Shown here: one piece after another, positions 1 through 10,285 of the stretch | Layout: each line of letters opens with the position of its first letter | Numbering within the stretch: the stretch's first letter is position 1 | Assembly: GCA_965217895.1 (NCBI GenBank) | Contig: CBDCJV010000002.1 | Span: forward strand, 1,248,001 to 1,312,000 | Origin: Waterburya sp. | GTDB taxonomy: Bacteria; Cyanobacteriota; Cyanobacteriia; Cyanobacteriales; Xenococcaceae | Reading direction: 5' to 3' | DNA: 64,000 nucleotides | The notes under the pieces: model-generated | What the model saw: the letters and a program-made list of their open reading frames with translations, nothing else | What the model was told of the DNA's origin: nothing | Database searches by the model: none | Position numbers and translations under genes: made by a program

Positions 1-297
1 CAAAATTTAGTATAATTAACGATATACGTGAATATAGTGATTACTTCAAAAACCTTAAGAGGAACAATATGCTTTTAGCTGTTAAATTAAACACTGACCT
101 GAGCGGATCATTTTAGGGAACAAAGAGTTAAAGATGATTTTTACAGAAAGTATGCACAAATACTAATACATTCAAGCACTGTGTTAGCTACCATAAGCAA
201 CTTTCGTAATTTTAAAGTTTGAGTACTCATAAAGCTACAAACATACATAAGTTTTTAACAGCAAAATTCCGATAATTTAACCTAGAGGTGCAAATTA

Positions 298-762
298 GTG
301 ATTGCCATTCCTATTCCCTGGAATCGAAGCAAGTGGAGTACGTTGAGCTTCACTTCAACACTTTATCTCTGTCCTGTTCTCGATTTACTATTAGCGAGCG
401 TACCTCCAGAATGGCGAGCAGAAGTAAGGTTAGGACTACAAGAAGCGTTAGTTAATGCGGCTAAACATGGTAATAAACTCGATCCTAGTAAGACTATTAT
501 TGTCAAGTTTGTAGTTACCAATCAAGAATATTCGTGGGTAATTGCAGATGAAGGAAGGGGATTTGCTAAAGGTCATGAATGTCCTAACAGTTACCACAGT
601 ATCGCTACACAATTACCAACAGAAGAAGCTGAAAATGGTCGAGGCTTTTCAATTCTGCACGAGGTTTTTGACTGCGTACACTGGAATAGAGATGGCACAA
701 AGCTAACCCTTTCTAAAGCAGTATCTAAAATTAAAAATGAACAATCTTCTGTGATGAGCTAA
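298..762 (+). CDS. pmgA: Anti-sigma-factor-like Ser/Thr kinase (HATPase_c_2), PmgA type
   Basis: LSFTSTLYLCPVLDLLL N-terminus, LQEALVNAAKHGN N-box and ENGRG G-box, typical of cyanobacterial PmgA. Confidence 0.85.
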   Translation: MIAIPIPWNRSKWSTLSFTSTLYLCPVLDLLLASVPPEWRAEVRLGLQEALVNAAKHGNKLDPSKTIIVKFVVTNQEYSWVIADEGRGFAKGHECPNSYHSIATQLPTEEAENGRGFSILHEVFDCVHWNRDGTKLTLSKAVSKIKNEQSSVMS

Positions 763-903
763 TTTAAGGCTGACAAGGCTTCTAATGTCAAATAATTCTA
801 AATCATAAAGCTTAATTAGGTTTTTTACACCTTTAGCAGTAGGTCTATTATGATGTTTTTTGAAGATAGATTATTGGCTTAGACTCTGTCAAATACCGAC
901 AAT

Positions 904-1971
904 ATGATCGATACAATTGCTAAATTACCGAAATGGTTGACTAGAGGGTTAGTTTTACCCCTATTAGTTTTAAATGGCTGGCTGCTGATATTGGTGTTTG
1001 AATATTTTCAATCTTTGATTACTATCCTTGCCACCGCAACTTTACTATCATTTATTTTAGATTACCCTGTTCGCTGGTTAGAACAACGCCATCTTCCTAG
1101 AGCGATCGCAATTTTAGTTGTTTTACTATCGGGTATATTATTATTGACCGTAATTGGAGTTACAGTCATTCCCGTCCTGATCGATCAGATAAATGGACTA
1201 TTAGAGCGTTTACCTAGCTGGGTAGCATCGGGTAGTGAGCAAGCACAGGTATTTGAAACCTGGGCTGATGAGCGCAATTTTCCAATTAGCATCAGTACCT
1301 TAATTACCAATTCTTTAGGTCGCATTTCTTCCCAATTGCAGCAGTTAAGCGGGCAAATTTTAGGCAGCTTCTTTTCGGTAGTTGGTAGTTTATTAGACTT
1401 ACTCTTAACTATCGTTTTAACTTTTTACCTGCTGCTACACGGCAGCGAACTTTGGCAAGATTTATTCCAAGTTTTTCCCGATCAATCAAGAGTTAGGATT
1501 CGTGAATCGCTTAAGCGAACCTTTAATAATTATTTTGTCGGACAGTTAACGGTTGCTTCTGTAATGTGGATTAGCATTACTGTGGCATTTTTTATTATTC
1601 AAGTTCCCTTTGGTTTCCTATTTGGTCTAGTTGTGGGAATTATGGCACTTTTTCCGTTTGGCGCAGCCTTCAGCATTAGCTTGGTTAGTTTACTGATGGC
1701 TTTAAAAAGTATTTGGCTAGGATTGCGTGTTCTAATAGTAGCCTTTGTAATTGAGCAAATAGTTGAAAGCGTAGTCGCTCCTCGTCTTTTAGGAGAGTTT
1801 ACTGGCTTAAATCCTGTCTTAATTTTACTTTCTTTGTTGGTTGGAGCGCAGTTAGGAGGCTTTTTGGGCTTAATTTTAGCAGTGCCTGCTGCTAGCTTTA
1901 TCAAAGCTTTGTTGCTAATTTTTAAGTCTGAACCCGAACCAAAGCCTGAGAAACTAACGGTCAATGTCTAA
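904..1971 (+). CDS. AI-2E family transporter
   Basis: Multi-TM 355 aa; PRLLGEFTGLNP and GFLGLILAVP motifs. Confidence 0.85.
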   Translation: MIDTIAKLPKWLTRGLVLPLLVLNGWLLILVFEYFQSLITILATATLLSFILDYPVRWLEQRHLPRAIAILVVLLSGILLLTVIGVTVIPVLIDQINGLLERLPSWVASGSEQAQVFETWADERNFPISISTLITNSLGRISSQLQQLSGQILGSFFSVVGSLLDLLLTIVLTFYLLLHGSELWQDLFQVFPDQSRVRIRESLKRTFNNYFVGQLTVASVMWISITVAFFIIQVPFGFLFGLVVGIMALFPFGAAFSISLVSLLMALKSIWLGLRVLIVAFVIEQIVESVVAPRLLGEFTGLNPVLILLSLLVGAQLGGFLGLILAVPAASFIKALLLIFKSEPEPKPEKLTVNV

Positions 1972-2001
1972 ATTTTGTGGAACAGAAAAAAATTTCAAAT
2001 T

Positions 2002-2481
2002 ATGATTGCAATTTATCCAGGCAGTTTTGATCCAGTTACTTTAGGTCACATTGATATTATTGAAAGAGGTGCAAAACTATTCGAGCGAGTGATTGTAGCA
2101 GTTCTTTCTAATCCTAGTAAACAGTCATTATTTACCACAGATGAAAGAATGGGGCAAATCAAAGAATGCACTCAACATATTAAAAATATCAAGGTTGATA
2201 GCTTTATTGGCTTGACGGTTGAATATGCAAAACTACATCAGGCTGGAGTATTGTTGAGAGGTTTGAGAGTTCTCTCGGACTTTGAAAAGGAGTTACAAAT
2301 GGCACATACCAATAAAACTTTAAATCGGGAAATTGAAACAGTTTTTCTAGCGACAGCTAAAGAATATAGTTTTTTAAGCAGTAGTATTGTTAAAGAAATC
2401 GCTCATTTTGGAGGGTCAATCGATCATTTAGTTTCGGCGAATGTTGCTCAAGATATGTATCGAAAGTACCAAAACCAGTAG
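2002..2481 (+). CDS. coaD: Phosphopantetheine adenylyltransferase
   Basis: [23 protein letters not shown] and SFLSSS motifs; ATG at 2002 preferred over the track start at 1975. Confidence 0.97.
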   Translation: MIAIYPGSFDPVTLGHIDIIERGAKLFERVIVAVLSNPSKQSLFTTDERMGQIKECTQHIKNIKVDSFIGLTVEYAKLHQAGVLLRGLRVLSDFEKELQMAHTNKTLNREIETVFLATAKEYSFLSSSIVKEIAHFGGSIDHLVSANVAQDMYRKYQNQ

Positions 2482-2592
2482 CAAATTGGGGGAAAAACAC
2501 TAAAAAGTAATTTTATGCTGCTAAATATCTAATTTTTACTGGCAATTGTTGGTAATTTAAGTTACAAATAAATCAAAGAAGCAGCTTAAATT

Positions 2593-3201
2593 ATGGTACA
2601 GGCAAATTATTATCAAGATAATCTAACTCAGTATAATGAGCTAGAGGGACAAGAAAATATAGCTAATAATTCCTCATCTAATTTTAAGATTGAAGCTGAA
2701 TTAGACGACTTGGAAGAAATAGTTATCAGTGGATCTCGTATTCCTTTAACAGATTTAACTGTTTTAAATCTAAATTTGTTGTTAGATCAGCTAAATCAAG
2801 TCAAAGTTAATTTACCGATAGAATTAGCCACGGCAGTTGAAATTGTAAATCGCCGACAAGAGATTATTAGTGAAGCTGAGGGTTATGCTTGCCTAATGAT
2901 TAAATCGGCTGAAGAAAAGGCTAGCAAAATTACGCGAAGTTCAGCCATTGTTCGTCAAGCAGAGCTAGATGGAGCAAAAATGCGTTTAAAAGCTGAACAA
3001 GAGTGTGAGCAGCTAAAAAACACCACAAGAGAGCAAATAGAGCAGTGGCGCAAAGATGCGATCGCCGAATGTCTAGCAGTTCAAACAGGTGCTGACAAAT
3101 ATGCTGATTCTACTTTAGAAGATATTGAACAACGGCTACAAGAAATGCTTAATATTGTGCAAAATGGTCGTCAGCAGCTAAATCAAACTTCTCCAGAATA
3201 A
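2593..3201 (+). CDS. DivIVA-like coiled-coil cell-division protein (Cdv3-like)
   Basis: LEEIVISGSRIPLT, coiled coil and GADKYAD; usual position downstream of coaD in cyanobacteria. Confidence 0.7.
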   Translation: MVQANYYQDNLTQYNELEGQENIANNSSSNFKIEAELDDLEEIVISGSRIPLTDLTVLNLNLLLDQLNQVKVNLPIELATAVEIVNRRQEIISEAEGYACLMIKSAEEKASKITRSSAIVRQAELDGAKMRLKAEQECEQLKNTTREQIEQWRKDAIAECLAVQTGADKYADSTLEDIEQRLQEMLNIVQNGRQQLNQTSPE

Positions 3202-3263
3202 GTAAGAAGTAGCAATTAACATTATATCTTATCATTATTTTGCTATTCAATCTTAATGTTAAG

Positions 3264-3430
3264 GCGATCGCTAATGATTCTAGATTAGCCGTAGATGCTC
3301 TCGATGGCGCGCCAGGACTTTATTCATCTGGGTGTGGCAAGACAAATGCAGACAGAATTAATCGTTTGCTAAGGGAATTGGAGAATACAAAAAACAGACA
3401 GGCAAAATTTATTTGTGCAATTGCGATCGC
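3264..3430 (+). pseudogene. rdgB: Internal fragment of an RdgB/HAM1 non-canonical purine NTP pyrophosphatase
   Basis: AIANDSRLAVDALDGAPGLYSS...RQAKFICAIAIA resembles the ADDSGL-VDAL-GAPG-YSAR core with degenerate residues; both termini missing. Confidence 0.75.
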
Positions 3431-3449
3431 CACTAGCTTAAATTGTATT

Positions 3450-3926
3450 CTAAAGTAGTTCAGTATTTCTTAGTTTCCGTATTGTTTGAGGCAATACCCC
3501 AACTAATAAGGCAAAAGCTTCATCAGGTAAACTAGCTACTGTTTCTAAATCAAACCAATGTTCAAACTGATTTAAAATAACCTGCGCTCTTTCTGTTGGT
3601 TCAGGATTATTAATAATTTGTTTGGTAAGTCTAACCCACTGTCTGCGCATTTTGTATGCTTGTTTTTTCTCTTGAGAATTTTTAGGAGAGACTAAAGATA
3701 ACTTACCGACAGCGATAATATTAATTACATTAAGATCAAATTGACCACCGACAATTGCTCCTGGACCAACAAATTCGGCATGATATTTTTTATAGACTAT
3801 TAGACCGTTTTTGCGACGGGGATTAACTATTAGTAATTCTTGCGCTTTTAATTTAGGTAAAAGTTGTTTAATTAAAAATTCATTGTCGATATTTTGTTCT
3901 TTCACTTTTTGAGTATTATTGCCCAA
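3450..3926 (-). CDS. Conserved cyanobacterial hypothetical protein with possible Crp-like C-terminal HTH
   Basis: FVGPGAIVGG and LLVGVLPQTIRKLR; TTG start uncertain. Confidence 0.6.
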   Translation of the reverse strand: MGNNTQKVKEQNIDNEFLIKQLLPKLKAQELLIVNPRRKNGLIVYKKYHAEFVGPGAIVGGQFDLNVINIIAVGKLSLVSPKNSQEKKQAYKMRRQWVRLTKQIINNPEPTERAQVILNQFEHWFDLETVASLPDEAFALLVGVLPQTIRKLRNTELL

Positions 3927-3991
3927 ATGGAAGACTTCAGGAGATAATTATAAACTTATCATCATATATTTTAAAATTAACACGAACTGCC

Positions 3992-4657
3992 CTAATTGTT
4001 GACTAAAATTTGCTTTTTTAAAAGTAAGCGTGGTGAATAATCAAACCATAAATTTCCCCAGTTGGCTTCTATTTGCGAGATTTGATAGCCATTGTGACAA
4101 TATAGTTGCTTGGCTGAATCATTGCTGTCTAAAACATGAAGGTGAGTCTCATGATAGCCCCATTCAAGAGCCACTTGTTCACATTCAGCTAAAAGCTGGC
4201 TACCAATACCTAGACGACGGTAGTTTTGGTGAACTGCTAGGTTAGATATGTAGGGATGTTGCGGACAAGTTGACCACAGGGAAGGAGAACGTAAAGCTAT
4301 TTCTATAGTACCTACAACTATCAAGCTTGAATCGTCTTGAGTTGTGTCGTTTTGCCCAAAAAGATTGTTTTGAGTCGCTATTTTGGCAACTAAGCAACGG
4401 TAGTATGGTGAACGAGAACGCAGACGATAGCGTAAATCTTCGCTAATAGTAAACTGTAAAAATGGATAAACCCAGCTAGCGAATTCAGGTAAACTATAAA
4501 AACTTTTAGCTAAGACTCGGCTAACCTCCTTGGTATCCTCTATGACAGCGGAGTTGATAGTTAGCTGCAAATTGTCATCAACACTATGATTATCAAGGGA
4601 TTTTAAAACCATTAAGTTACAAATAAGCTGAAGTTTCTTCAATAGCCATAACCGCAA
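3992..4657 (-). CDS. GNAT family N-acetyltransferase
   Basis: YISNLAVHQNYRRLGIGSQLL motif A and N..AKQLY...GY; start uncertain. Confidence 0.9.
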   Translation of the reverse strand: MRLWLLKKLQLICNLMVLKSLDNHSVDDNLQLTINSAVIEDTKEVSRVLAKSFYSLPEFASWVYPFLQFTISEDLRYRLRSRSPYYRCLVAKIATQNNLFGQNDTTQDDSSLIVVGTIEIALRSPSLWSTCPQHPYISNLAVHQNYRRLGIGSQLLAECEQVALEWGYHETHLHVLDSNDSAKQLYCHNGYQISQIEANWGNLWFDYSPRLLLKKQILVNN

Positions 4658-4836
4658 ACCAAGACTAATGTATTTTTCTTAGCCTGTTTGGGAACAATAC
4701 TATTATGCTTTTGGCTGTTAGATAATTACACCAAACTTTATTAAATAGCTAAAAAAGATTATTTTTATTTTTTTGAGTTCATTTATTGCTGGTGTTGTAA
4801 GCCAACTGTAGTTAACCGCTTACCATAGTCTAATTC

Positions 4837-7152
4837 ATGAGCCAGTATGAATATAATCAACTATTAAACAATTTGTCCTGGGAAAAAGCGGGTCAAAATA
4901 TTGTTGATACGGCTGGTAAATTACTCAATGTGGGAATTATTATCTTACATTTTAAGAAATTACAGCCTGATAGTGAACAACATTTCTTTCATCGTCACCT
5001 TAGTTTAAGTAATTTTAATCTTAGTCAAGACTTACTCAAGTTAACAGTAGCATCTGATTCAGAACTATGTATTAACAATAATTTAATTATTCAAAAATAC
5101 AAAGTGGAGGAATCCACCTCCAAATCTGTTAGTTACCAGGCTTGTTTAAAAGCAAAAATAAGCTCCAGCATATTTATTCGTATATTTTCTCACCCAAATC
5201 TGACCGCTTCTCTAACGGTTCATCGTTGCCAAGAGTTTGACGATTGGCACGAAGAAGAAATAAAAGCAGTAGAAATAGTGGCTCAACAGGCGACTTTGAT
5301 TATTACTCAGATGCTAGCCGGAGAAAAATTGCAGGAATTAGCACAAAGAGAAACCACTATCAACCGTATTACTGCTACTATTCGCTCTAGTTTAGAACCA
5401 CCAGTCATGTTTGCCACCATTGCCAAAGAATTAGGTGAAGCTTTGAAGGTGGATGGCTGTACTCTCTCTCTGTGGACAAAAAGCGATCGCTTTGTTAAAT
5501 GTGTTGGTTTATACAATCCTCACGAACCACAAAAAATTATCCAAGATTATTCTGATGTATCTTCTTCTGTACCAATTGCCCAAAACCCCATACTCCAGGC
5601 TCTTTTATATACTAAAAAAACCGTAAGTTCAGCCGATTTAGAAAAACAACAAAGCATAGCTCGCTATGAGCTTCCTTGGCACGCCAAAGCCAGAGCTTTA
5701 TTAATTGTACCTTTGATTGTTGAGGAAGAGATTATTGGCAGTATTACCCTCAGACAGAGTGGTGCTTCTCGGCAATGGAAGCAAGCCGAAATTGAATTAG
5801 CTGAAGCCGTAGCGTCAACCGCAGCGAGCGCTATTTCTCAAGTATTGATTCACCAGCAGGTAAAAGAACTAGCTCAAAGAGAAACTACCATTAACCGTAT
5901 TACCAGAGCAATTCGCTCAAGCTTAGAAGCACCAGTCATGTTTGCCACTATTGCCAAAGAATTAGGTGAAGCTTTAAAGGTGGATGGCTGTACTCTTTCT
6001 CTATGGACAAAAAGCGATCGCTTTGTTAAATGTGTTGGTTTGTATAACCCCCATGAACCACAAAAAATTATCCAGGATTATTCTGATGTATCTTCCTTAG
6101 TGCCGATTGCCCAAAATCCCATACTCCAGGCACTTTTATATAGCAAAAAAACCGTTAGTTCAACCGATCTAGAAAAACAAAAGAATTTAGCCCGTTATGA
6201 GCTTCCTTGGCACGCCAAAGCCAGAGCTTTATTAATTGTACCTTTGATTGTTGATGAAGAGATTATTGGCAGTATTACCCTCAGACAATCAGATATATCC
6301 CGCCAGTGGAGTCAAGCAGAAATCGATCTAGCCGAAGCCGTGGCTTCTCCTGCTGCGATCGCCGTGCAACAGGCAAAGCTATACCAAACTACTAAAAAAC
6401 AAGCAGAATTGCTGCGAATTAAAGAGCAAAAAGTCAGAGATTTAAATCTCTATCTGACTGAATCAGTTTTAAAACGATTTTTACCCGCAGCTATAGTTAA
6501 TAAAGCAGCTACAGGCAAACTTTCCCTCGACCTAACTCCCGAACCTCGTCGCGTAACGGTTTTATTTTGCGACTTAGTAAGTTTTACTAATTTATCTAGT
6601 CAGCTAGAAGTACTTCTTTTAGCAGAAATCCTGAATGAATATCTCGAAGCCATGAGTAAAGCAGTGTTCGATCATGGCGGTACGGTGGATAAGTTTATGG
6701 GAGATGGAGTTATGGCGATGTTTGGCGCACCAGAAGATTTATCCTGTCCAGAACAAGCCAAAAGAGCTATTTTAACTGCCAAAACCATGTATTATTATTT
6801 ACAAAAATTAAATGAGCGATGGCAAGCTAAAGTATGGAAAACAAATAGCAAAATTCCTTCTCTGGCAATGCGCTGTGGCATTCATCAGGGTGCAGCAGTA
6901 GTGGGAATGTTTGGCGGGGGACAAAGAAAAGACTATACGGCAGTCGGGAAAGTGGTCAATATTGCTTCTCGTTTACAAAGCGTTGCCCAACCCAATACCA
7001 TTCTCATTTCCCAAGCTGTTGCCAATTCTTTGGGAACTAAGATCGACTGGGGGCAAGGGTGTAATCTTAAGTTAAAGGGTATTGATAAAGATTTTTATGC
7101 CTTTGCGATCGGTATTGATTCGATGAGTAATGAAATGACCGTTAGCTCTTAA
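4837..7152 (+). CDS. GAF-domain class III adenylate cyclase
   Basis: Degenerate GAF plus two duplicated GAFs; catalytic LFCDLVSFT, VDKFMGDG and YTAVG..VNIASRLQ. Confidence 0.9.
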   Translation: MSQYEYNQLLNNLSWEKAGQNIVDTAGKLLNVGIIILHFKKLQPDSEQHFFHRHLSLSNFNLSQDLLKLTVASDSELCINNNLIIQKYKVEESTSKSVSYQACLKAKISSSIFIRIFSHPNLTASLTVHRCQEFDDWHEEEIKAVEIVAQQATLIITQMLAGEKLQELAQRETTINRITATIRSSLEPPVMFATIAKELGEALKVDGCTLSLWTKSDRFVKCVGLYNPHEPQKIIQDYSDVSSSVPIAQNPILQALLYTKKTVSSADLEKQQSIARYELPWHAKARALLIVPLIVEEEIIGSITLRQSGASRQWKQAEIELAEAVASTAASAISQVLIHQQVKELAQRETTINRITRAIRSSLEAPVMFATIAKELGEALKVDGCTLSLWTKSDRFVKCVGLYNPHEPQKIIQDYSDVSSLVPIAQNPILQALLYSKKTVSSTDLEKQKNLARYELPWHAKARALLIVPLIVDEEIIGSITLRQSDISRQWSQAEIDLAEAVASPAAIAVQQAKLYQTTKKQAELLRIKEQKVRDLNLYLTESVLKRFLPAAIVNKAATGKLSLDLTPEPRRVTVLFCDLVSFTNLSSQLEVLLLAEILNEYLEAMSKAVFDHGGTVDKFMGDGVMAMFGAPEDLSCPEQAKRAILTAKTMYYYLQKLNERWQAKVWKTNSKIPSLAMRCGIHQGAAVVGMFGGGQRKDYTAVGKVVNIASRLQSVAQPNTILISQAVANSLGTKIDWGQGCNLKLKGIDKDFYAFAIGIDSMSNEMTVSS
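5335..6350 (+). repeat. Intragenic tandem duplication of a GAF module (period 531 bp)
   Basis: ELAQRETTINRIT begins at 5335 and 5866; long identical DNA stretches between the copies. Confidence 0.95.
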
Positions 7153-7188
7153 AATAACTTTTAGAGATAGATATCGTGCTTTTTGGTT

Positions 7189-9312
7189 ATGTCAACTTTT
7201 GCCTCGTTAGAGTTAGCTTTGAAATATTTTTTTGGTCACGATAGCTTTCGTCCTGGGCAAAAGAAAATTATTGAAGCAGCTTTGCGCAATCAAGATTTAC
7301 TAACAATTATGCCTACAGGAGGAGGTAAATCTCTTTGTTTTCAATTGCCAGCTTTGCTTAAAGATGGCATAACTATTGTGGTTTCGCCTCTGATCGCCTT
7401 GATGCAGGATCAGGTAGATTCTTTACAGGACAACGGCATCAATGCTACCTATCTCAATAGTACCATCGAGTATGAAGAAAGGCGATCGCGCCAAATAGCT
7501 ATTCTCAAAAATCAGGTTAAGCTACTTTATGTTGCTCCAGAACGACTGCTAAACGAAAGATTTAGTGTATTCCTCGAACAAGTAGCTACTCAAGTGGGCA
7601 TATCCACCATCGCTATTGATGAAGCTCACTGCGTCTCGGAGTGGGGACACGATTTTCGTCCTGAGTACAGCAAGCTAAAAATATTACGCCAACGCTATCC
7701 CCAGATTCCTCTTCAGGCACTTACCGCCACCGCTACCAAAAGAGTTCAGCAGGATATAATTCAACAGCTTAATTTGCGATCGCCTGATATTCATGTCGCC
7801 AGCTTCGATCGCCCTAATCTTCATTATGAAGTACAGCCTAAAGACCGCAATATCTATCATAGGCTGCTGCGGACTATTCGCTCGGAATTGGGTGCGGGGA
7901 TAGTTTATTGTCTGAGTCGTCGTCGCGTCGAAGAAGTAGCGACTAAGCTCAAGCATGATGGTATAAATGCCCTGCCCTATCATGCAGGATTATCAGACAA
8001 AGAAAGAAGTAGTAATCAGACTAGTTTTTTGCGGGATGATATTCAGGTAATTGTTGCCACTATTGCTTTTGGTATGGGTATTGATAAGCCTGATGTGCGC
8101 TTTGTTTTTCATTACGACTTACCCCGCAGTTTAGAAAGCTTTTATCAAGAGTCGGGGCGTGCGGGAAGAGACGGCGAACTATCAAAGTCTATCTTATTTT
8201 TTAGTTTGGGCGATCGCAAAAAGATTGAGTTCTTGATCGAACAAAAAGCCGATCAAGGTGAACAAAAGATTGCTCTACAACAGTTACGCCAGGTAATTAA
8301 CTACGCTGAGGGTAATGATTGTCGTCGTACCATTATCCTGCGCTATTTTGGCGAAAGATATCCTGGAAATTGCGGTAAATGTGATAACTGTCTCAATCCT
8401 AAACCCATCGAGGACTGGACTGTAGAAGCGCAAAAGTTTCTTTCTTGTGTTGCTCGCTGTGAAGAAAAATTTGGTGTCAATCACATTGTTGATGTCTTAA
8501 TTGGCTCACGCAAACAGAAAATCTATCAGTATGGACATCATCTATTATCTACCTACGGTATCGGCAAGGGTAGAACCGCCGATGAATGGCGAATGCTAGG
8601 GCGAAGTCTAGTGCATCAAGGTTTGGTAGGGCAAACAACTGACGGTTATTCCGTACTCAAACTCAATAAACGCAGTTGGTCAGTTTTTCGTAGTCAACTA
8701 GCGGTAAAAATTGCCATTGACAAACATCAAACTAAAACTACTACTGCTTACAATCCTCGCAAAGAAGAAGCAGAATTACTGTTTGAAAAACTCAGAAAAC
8801 TACGCAAGCAAATTGGCGATCGCAATTCTCTTGCACCCTATATGATTTTTGCCGATTCTAGTCTCAAGCTAATGGCGCAAGTGCGTCCCAAAACTTTAGT
8901 AGATTTTGCTAATTTATCGGGAGTTAACGAATATAAAGCCCAACAGTATGGCGATAGTTTTATTTCGGCAATTTTAGAGTTTAATGAGTTGCACAAACTA
9001 CCCGTCAGCATTCCTTCAAAAAGCCAAATGGCCACCCTAGAGCTACATCAGCAGGGTTTGAGCGTAGCCGAAATTGCCCAAAAACGCGGTTTTGCAGTCT
9101 CAACAATTTACAATCATTTAAGTGAGCTATTGGAAATGAATCAGCCAGTAGCTCTCAATAAATTAGTTACAGCAGATAAGCAACAAGCGATTATCAAGGC
9201 GATCGAGCAAGTTGGAGATGCTAGTCTTAAAACTATCAAAGATAGCCTCACAGACGACTATAGTTATGAAGAAATAAAGCTAGTCCGAAGCTGGAAGCGA
9301 AATCAAAAATAA
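7189..9312 (+). CDS. recQ: ATP-dependent DNA helicase RecQ
   Basis: MPTGGGKS, DEAHCVSEWGHDFRP, QESGRAGRDG, Zn-binding Cys cluster, RQC, HRDC and C-terminal HTH. Confidence 0.97.
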   Translation: MSTFASLELALKYFFGHDSFRPGQKKIIEAALRNQDLLTIMPTGGGKSLCFQLPALLKDGITIVVSPLIALMQDQVDSLQDNGINATYLNSTIEYEERRSRQIAILKNQVKLLYVAPERLLNERFSVFLEQVATQVGISTIAIDEAHCVSEWGHDFRPEYSKLKILRQRYPQIPLQALTATATKRVQQDIIQQLNLRSPDIHVASFDRPNLHYEVQPKDRNIYHRLLRTIRSELGAGIVYCLSRRRVEEVATKLKHDGINALPYHAGLSDKERSSNQTSFLRDDIQVIVATIAFGMGIDKPDVRFVFHYDLPRSLESFYQESGRAGRDGELSKSILFFSLGDRKKIEFLIEQKADQGEQKIALQQLRQVINYAEGNDCRRTIILRYFGERYPGNCGKCDNCLNPKPIEDWTVEAQKFLSCVARCEEKFGVNHIVDVLIGSRKQKIYQYGHHLLSTYGIGKGRTADEWRMLGRSLVHQGLVGQTTDGYSVLKLNKRSWSVFRSQLAVKIAIDKHQTKTTTAYNPRKEEAELLFEKLRKLRKQIGDRNSLAPYMIFADSSLKLMAQVRPKTLVDFANLSGVNEYKAQQYGDSFISAILEFNELHKLPVSIPSKSQMATLELHQQGLSVAEIAQKRGFAVSTIYNHLSELLEMNQPVALNKLVTADKQQAIIKAIEQVGDASLKTIKDSLTDDYSYEEIKLVRSWKRNQK

Positions 9313-9383
9313 TTATGTATGTCTATGTAGTAAGTAAATTTCTGTAATTACAAACTACCTACTACAAACCACAAACTTAGTTT

Positions 9384-9500
9384 TTAATCAATGCCCAACT
9401 GATTACCACGCTTGTACTGCATATAGGCAGCAAAGAACAATCCTGCCAAAGTAATAAAAACTAGACCTAAGACAATTCCCAAAAGTAAAGGTTCGATCAA
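9384..9500 (-). CDS. petG: Cytochrome b6f subunit V (not in the ORF track)
   Basis: Manual translation [41 protein letters not shown] start with AAGGAG RBS. Confidence 0.96.
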   Translation of the reverse strand: MIEPLLLGIVLGLVFITLAGLFFAAYMQYKRGNQLGID

Positions 9501-9762
9501 GAGCGTATCTCCTTAAAAGTAAATTATTTAACTAACTAAAATATATCCTACGCTAATTCAGCCATAGCTGTCACAGAGACTAGGTAGCAAATATAATTTC
9601 AACTTATGTTTGTTTTTAGTTTGCTATCTATATTATATTTAACTCCTAAGAAATTAAATGATGAATTTGCTTAGCTTATCTATAAGATTTTAAAATATTT
9701 GTTAAATCATAGTTAATATAAGTAAACATTCATCAATTCTTTAATATACATAAATATACATA

Positions 9763-10137
9763 GTGGATAATCAGTTAGTCCAATCTCAGGCTTGGCTAAA
9801 CCGCCTATTTTTAATCATAGTGGCAGTAATGCTGATGATCGGCATCAGCATTCTAGGAATCCATTGGCAAAATGTTTCAGATCCCTATGCCCATGAGGTG
9901 TTGTCTTTAGAAGGTGATGCTTCTAAAGGCTTGGCAATGTTTCAAATTAATTGTGCAGGATGTCATAGTCTACAGGCAGATAGAAATGTAGGACCAAGAT
10001 TAGAAAATATTTCTAAACACAAATCTCAGCGAGACTTAATCAGGCAAGTCACTAGTGGGCAAACTCCTCCCATGCCTAAATTTCAACCTAGTCGGCAAGA
10101 AATGGCAGATTTACTTAGCTATTTAGATCAGCTATAA
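9763..10137 (+). CDS. cytM: Cytochrome cM
   Basis: N-terminal TM, CAGCH haem motif, VGP.L and TPPMPKFQP; divergent from petG. Confidence 0.9.
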   Translation: MDNQLVQSQAWLNRLFLIIVAVMLMIGISILGIHWQNVSDPYAHEVLSLEGDASKGLAMFQINCAGCHSLQADRNVGPRLENISKHKSQRDLIRQVTSGQTPPMPKFQPSRQEMADLLSYLDQL

Positions 10138-10186
10138 TTTGAGCCTAGAACTTGCGCAAAATAAACTTTTAAACTCTGCATATATC

Positions 10187-10275
10187 GTAAGGTGGGCATT
10201 GCCCACGCTACTTACTTATGGTGTTCTTCCGTAAGTCCTGAAGTTTAAACAGGACGAATAGCCATTTGCCCCTAC
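10187..10275. repeat. Two REP-like palindromes
   Basis: GTAAGGTGGGCATTGCCCACGCTAC (10187-10211) and AGGACGAATAGCCATTTGCCCCTAC (10251-10275); relatives at 39561-39587 and 55994-56018. Confidence 0.7.
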
Positions 10276-10285
10276 TTAGAAAAAT

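Noticed and set aside
3240..3458. Functional 72-aa RdgB
   Set aside because: Much shorter than a full enzyme, with degenerate DDSG and SAR motifs.
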